Positions 58,469 through 64,000 of a stretch of DNA of 64,000 nucleotides are shown in pieces. A program made the position numbers and the translations under genes. Location: the NCBI GenBank assembly GCA_964270895.1, contig OZ185435.1; one strand, given 5' to 3'. Below the pieces are notes generated by a model. The model worked only from the letters and a program-made list of their open reading frames with translations. It ran no database searches and was not told the DNA's origin. Every line of letters begins with the position of its first letter. Position 1 is the stretch's first letter. The DNA is from Podarcis filfolensis (taxonomy: Eukaryota).

Positions 58469-59475
58469 CTGTTTTAGTTGTATACCCATCTGCACTCACT
58501 ACTTAAGTTCACTATTAGCCGGAGCAATGCATTGTCTTGATTTAGTGTTGACCAAGACAGAAACAGCAACACTCCCAGCTTAATCATGGTGTCTTCTAGC
58601 AATTTTCCTTAGGCCAGATTTTGCCCACAAAATGTAGCAACTGTCCCCCACTTCCCCCAACATAAACTTAGTAAAAACTATCAAATACTGTGAAATACTA
58701 TCTACCACTGCAGGCCACCCATCAGAGATTGTCAAATCCTAAACACTTATTACAGTGAAATGGAAAAATGTTATATTAAATATCAGTGGGTCTAAAATAC
58801 TGGTGCTGAATATTCAAGTTTTACAAGAGAGATTCCTGAGGAAAGTTTATGGGATGCATTTGTTTAAGCTCTAGGTCTTTCTTATCCTCATTGGAATAAG
58901 CATAAAAGTAAGCAAGTTATTAGTTTATGCTTATCTCTGCTTGCAAATTGCAATGAAAGTTTAAAGCTTTTGCTTCATATTTTTGAATTCCAATTCCCAT
59001 GTCTACTGTTATGGGAAAGTATACCATGTTTTACTTTTGTCTCTCATGCAGCAAAGGAACTGGCAAAGAGGTTGTAAAAAACTACTCTGGTGTCTGTTTT
59101 TTTGTAGTTCAGTGAGCTATCATTTCCCTGAGTGGTGCCTCAGGCAATAATCTGGGACAAAGCTTTGACAGAACTTCAAAACCCGGAGAAATCAGAAAAG
59201 AAAAATTAATGATCACAGTTTTGTTGCGAAGCCTTATCTCAATTATGAGACCTGGTTACCATCCTAGCTGTTAATATTCAATGCAGAATGATCAAGGGAG
59301 TGGCTATTTATACACCTGACAATAGCTCTTGGTTTTGCAGGAGATCAACTGATGACAGCATAACTACCTAATTGTGAGCGAATGATTTTGTGTTATACTT
59401 TAGTGGTCTTTAAGATCACAGCCGTAGGCCGTGACTCTGCACATACCTACTTGGGAGTAAGGCCCATTTCACATA

Positions 59476-59717
59476 CAGTGGTACCTCTGATTACATACTT
59501 AATTCGTTCCAGAGGTCCGTTCTTAACCTGAAACTGTTCTTAACCTGAAGCACCACTTTAGTTAATGGGGCCTCCTGCTGCTGCTGCGCTGCCACTGCAC
59601 AATTTCTGTTCTCATCCTGAAGCAAAGTTCTTAACCCAATGTAATATTTCTGGGTTAGCAGAGTCTGTAACCTGAAGCGTATGTAACCTGAAGCGTATGT
59701 AACCCGAGGTACCACTG
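59476..59717. mobile_element. Tc1/mariner-type MITE (subfamily A, reverse orientation)
   Basis: TA|CAGTGGTACCTC...GAGGTACCACTG|TA; apparently inserted in a short palindromic MITE remnant (59420-59760). Confidence 0.9.
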
Positions 59718-62375
59718 TAATGGGACTGGCTTCTGAGTCAACCTGATTAGGGCTGCACTGCATGAACATCAGCCACACTCATGGCTTGATACGAAACTAA
59801 AGGGCATGGTAGCATTTCCAACAAGCCTCAGCCTTATCATTGCCTTATCATCCTGCCCTGCCTGATTGCCTGCCACCGTCCTGCATAGCTTATACTGATT
59901 TCTCCTCTCCAATAGTGGGAAAGACCCCCATGAATTTTCCTGTTAAGCTCATAGGATGAGATCCAACATAATGCTAGCACAAGAAGTTTGAGAGTTGATG
60001 TTGCTGTGCTAATGATTCCAAAAATAGAGGGGGAAATGTTATGTGTGCAAAATGACCGAGAGAGAGAGAAAATCTCAAGATACTGCAAATGAAATATATT
60101 AGTAAAACAAAAGAAAATGAAATATATTAGTAAAACAAAAGAAAAACATGTTTCAGTCTGCAGTTACTTTAAGCCTTCATCAGGGGTTGTAGAGGGGACA
60201 ATATATCACATAAATTCTCAATAATTAAAGACTAATTATACGTCTATATCTTCTTGATTAGAATAAAATGTAGAAACAGTCTGAAGAGCTCTCTGATCAT
60301 AGTTAATTCACTAATGACTAAAAAATACTATCTAAAGGCACCCAATTATATAAACTGTAAGAAGTCATGATAAGGCATCAAGGTCTTTCACTAATACACA
60401 TGACAATACAGGAAGGAAAATTTGAAGCATCTTGAGATTTTAGCTCTCTCATTGGCAGGGGGTGCAAGCTGTAGCAGAGGAGGTAATGCACAAATCTTAA
60501 CTGTCACCTATAGCAGCTCCACTAAGAGTTGTACAATATTTTGCGCAAGCAAATTTATCTGTTGTGTTGTGCTAAGAATGGTCCCTGTTAGTGAAATGGC
60601 TGTCACACAAGCTAGCTGCCACAACTGGATAGCAAGTATATAATCTACATGAAGTATACATAGGAAAGCTTTAGTTTCTTGATGATGTCTGTAGCATTTC
60701 AAATCGCATCTAGCTCGGCCCTGGTAGCTTGGCAAATACTGCTGTGGCCAGCATCCCATAGTACTGACTCTGAGAATCTTAAGACGTAGCAAACTCTCCA
60801 GTAAGAGCAATTGAGAAGCAGCAGCTGTAAATCTCCTAAGTAAATTATCACAATGGCATTTTAGAAGACAGGCTGATGCAATCTGGTCTTTATATCTGTC
60901 ACCTTTTAATATAATGGGCAATGCTTCCTTCAAGAGGAAGAACGAACAAATAAGAATGTTCCTCAGTCAATTGCTCATAGTACATAGGAAATGTCATTAT
61001 TTGCATTACGCGGGCCATAATTAGTTTCACCTCAGTTCGTTTGAAATGATATCAGAATGGCAATAATCCAAGCTGAATGCTGTATGTAAATTAATTAAGG
61101 GACGTTTGTTATTATATTTTGTAACTGGCTAAACCAGAGCTATTAGCTCCCTTAGGCACTGCAGTAGAGAACAGCTGGTCATCTTTTCACCTTTAGAAGA
61201 AAATCGGTGTTTGATAATGAAATCTTGATCACCTGCCATCTGCCACCTAACGATCATCAGACACAGCATAATTTGTCAACCTGCGCTCTAGGAGGAAGGC
61301 GGGCAAATTGGGCAGCTCAAGTCCACGAATGTTTACTCTGAAGGATGAGCCAATTTGCGCAGTGGGCATGAGCCCAAGGAAGCATACGTAGGGCTGGAGC
61401 CATGCAGCACAATGTATGTTTATACAGAAGTAAATCCCATCAAGTGTAATGAGGCTGGCTCTCAAGCAAGTGTACCAGAACATACATGGCTTTATTTGGT
61501 TCAGTTTCCAACTTCACCACTGGCATTACACACTCGTATTAGGGGAGTTTTGTAGATGATTTCCAACACCTTTTAATTTCCCTTGCAACATATTGTGAGA
61601 GTGAAATTCCAAAGAAAAATAAAAGGCTATATGACTCAGTTTGCTTCACAAACATTCCACTAACATGACACAACAAGCATTTCCCTACATTCCTCTCTCA
61701 TCCAAAAGCCAAGGATATCTTTTGGAAAGTGTATTACCTCTCATCTTGGAGTATTTCACTTAAAAGACCAGGAATATTTCATATGGCAACTCATGTTTTC
61801 ACACCTCACACTAAACTGTAGAATTTTTTTTCAGATCAGGAAAAAGGGACAGCCAGGGAGGCTGAAAAATGTCAGATAAATGTTTAGTCAGGGTGAAGGT
61901 TATACACCACTGCCAGCCATCTCACAAGCATAAGGTAAGCTACATTCCACACCAAGTTTTTTGTTTGTTTGTTTTTTAAGTCTAATGTACCATGAAAATA
62001 AGACAGGGAACCAGAATCCTCCTTGGCTGGAGAAGAAAACTTTTGAGAAACTGGAGAACAGGTTTAGGCACAGCACTAATTTATATGACATGTGCTTCAC
62101 ATTTCTTTAACTGAGAAGTCCCTTCAACAAATATGTAGACTGGTACTGTCTTCATCTCCCTATTGCAGATGGAGGCTGAAAGAAAGGAGCTTGCCAAAGA
62201 CTACTCAGTGAGTTCATGGCTGGGATGAAATTTGAACCATACACTTATGTATATACTCAATAGCCACGTCAACATGTCAAGCTGAACACAGTTTAGTGGA
62301 ACATGTACAAATGGGAATAAGGTCAAGCAAGCCCTAGGCTCACCTGTTCCTCCTTGTACCTTCTCTTCCCACATA

Positions 62376-62615
62376 CAGTGGTACCTCGGGTTATAGACAC
62401 TTCAGCTTACAGACGTTTCAGGTTACAGACTCCGCTAACCCAGAAATAGTACCTCGGGTTAAGAACTTTACTTCAGGATGAGAACAGAAATCGTGCTCCG
62501 GCGGCATGGCAGCAGCGGGAGGCCCCATTAGCTAAAGTGGTGCTTCAGGTTAAGAAGTTTCAGGTTAAGAACGGACCTCTGGAACGAATTAAGTTCTTAA
62601 CCCGAGGTACCACTG
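62376..62615. mobile_element. Tc1/mariner-type MITE (subfamily A)
   Basis: TA|CAGTGGTACCTCGGGTT...AACCCGAGGTACCACTG|TA. Confidence 0.92.
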
Positions 62616-63831
62616 TAGTGGAGAGGGTGGTGGTGGTGGTGGTGATATATTACTTATACTCCACCCACCTGACCAGGTTGCCCCAGCCACTCTAGATGAC
62701 AACTTCAGACAAATTTATTTTCAGTCTCCCTTCAATACAGCTTGCAATTTCATTCAAACTGTGGACTGTGGTTTATATACTATGTTTAATTTAAACAAGC
62801 CAGCTTCAAACTTCAAAGTTTGAACCTGACTTTCTTTCAATAAACCAAAGTTAATGCTAAACCATGATCCCAGGATTGGACACAATGAAAGTTGAACCAC
62901 AAAGTACGTGGTTCCAAAGTCCTCCTTTCAATCATGTGGGAGGCTGAGGGGGGAGCACATGAACACAAAACTTGTTCGGACTTGTTCCAGCTCATGGACA
63001 TACCATGAAACCACTGTTTAGTGTAATGTGTGAATAGAGCCAGTGTATATGCAAGTTTAGTACTGGGAAGGTTGTTTCTTGATTCTTTGTATTTTAACTA
63101 ATGGCTTTCTCAAAATTCACATAGTCTTTTAGGAACCTATGAAGTTGCCTTATACTTAGTCAGGTCCTTGATTCAGCAATGCCAATAATCTATTCTGGCA
63201 GGCAGAAACCTTTCCCAACCTAGCCTCTGTTGTACCACTAAGTTTTGGCTCAACCCCTACTGGTCACTAATATTGTCTCTGAAGCACACGACTCATCACA
63301 AAGAAGAAGAAAACCATCAGCTCATTTCACTCTGGGTCACTCAAGACAAAGGAAACAAAAGAAGGTGCTAGCTAGAATTCTGTGCATATAGTTCCGTACA
63401 ATTCATTCCCTCACTGCTGAATCAAAGACAGGATAATTGCAGGTAACAGGCTTGTGAACACAGAGATTTCTGTAATTTTATTCTTTTTTAAAAAATCCAA
63501 CAAGCTATTTATGGTTCACCTTTGAACTCCCATCAGCCTGCCTAATCTGGAATGTTTTAATAACTCTAGAATAAGAAAACTCTTAAATCAATATAAACAG
63601 AAATAAAAATAAATTATTAAATATTATCACTGAAGCAACATTAGTGGATCAGTAGAAATTCAAACTAAGTTTAGTTCTCCAGATAAAAATCCCAGTAGTG
63701 ATTAGGATGGAAATGAAGACTTGCTTTGTGTGTGTTACCCAACAGAATATTAATTTGCTCACTAAACATCAATGGTAGTGATCTCCTGAATTCACACACA
63801 GATCACTTTGTTAGTTACACTCACCAAAATT

Positions 63832-63890
63832 AGGAACATAGGAAGTTGCCTTATATCGAGTTGCACCAATGGTCTATATAGCTCAGTATT
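63832..63890 (-). mobile_element. 3' tail fragment of the TATGTTCC-tail SINE family
   Basis: GGAACATAGGAAGTTGCCTTATATCGAGTTGCACCAATGGTCTATATAGCTCAGTATT. Confidence 0.6.
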
Positions 63891-64000
63891 TTTTACATTA
63901 ATATCAAATTAATTTAAAAAATGAAAGTTACACATAAATGAAAGCTGAATCTTAATTTTATGAATGGAATAAGTATTGTGTTTAAAGAAACTGAAACATT

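Noticed and set aside
60087-60142. Perfect 28-bp tandem duplication AAATGAAATATATTAGTAAAACAAAAGA x2
   Set aside because: An ordinary slippage duplication (or assembly artefact) with no further structure.
61835-61934. 100-nt exon candidate (TTTTTTTTCAG...AAG|GTAAGC); similar one ending at 36446
   Set aside because: Stops occur in all three frames and the acceptor context is weaker; cannot be told apart from pseudo-exons, though a non-coding exon is not excluded.
444-62100. Most ORFs in the six-frame track (60-167 aa)
   Set aside because: No recognisable domains; many use non-ATG starts, overlap repeats or microsatellites, or span the N gap. Lengths are consistent with chance in vertebrate non-coding DNA.

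Overview
This is eukaryotic, vertebrate non-coding DNA, AT-rich overall, with one 161-N assembly gap. The repeat content (Sauria SINEs, Bov-B, CR1, L2, tRNA-head SINEs, many hAT-, Tc1/mariner- and Harbinger-like MITEs, solo LTRs) points to a squamate reptile, probably a lacertid-type lizard (inference). I recognise no host protein-coding gene. The only recognisable protein-like ORFs are a Bov-B reverse-transcriptase C-terminus (57659-58063, minus) and a Ty3/Gypsy gag N-terminal relic (~46176-46300); the rest of the ORF track looks spurious. The window reads like a large intron or gene desert with several unique, homeobox-motif-rich blocks. The best leads are: (i) plus-strand splice-signal-defined small exons (7, 108, 34, 76 nt) that chain in one open frame; (ii) a MITE family carrying a CTCF-like motif in all three copies; (iii) a TIR element that has captured an L2 3' tail, in two copies; (iv) a TSD-flanked retroposon with a terminal hairpin and an antisense ORF; (v) an ORF-less 718-bp RTE-derived element. 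All calls were made by eye; family names come from recall, not from searches.
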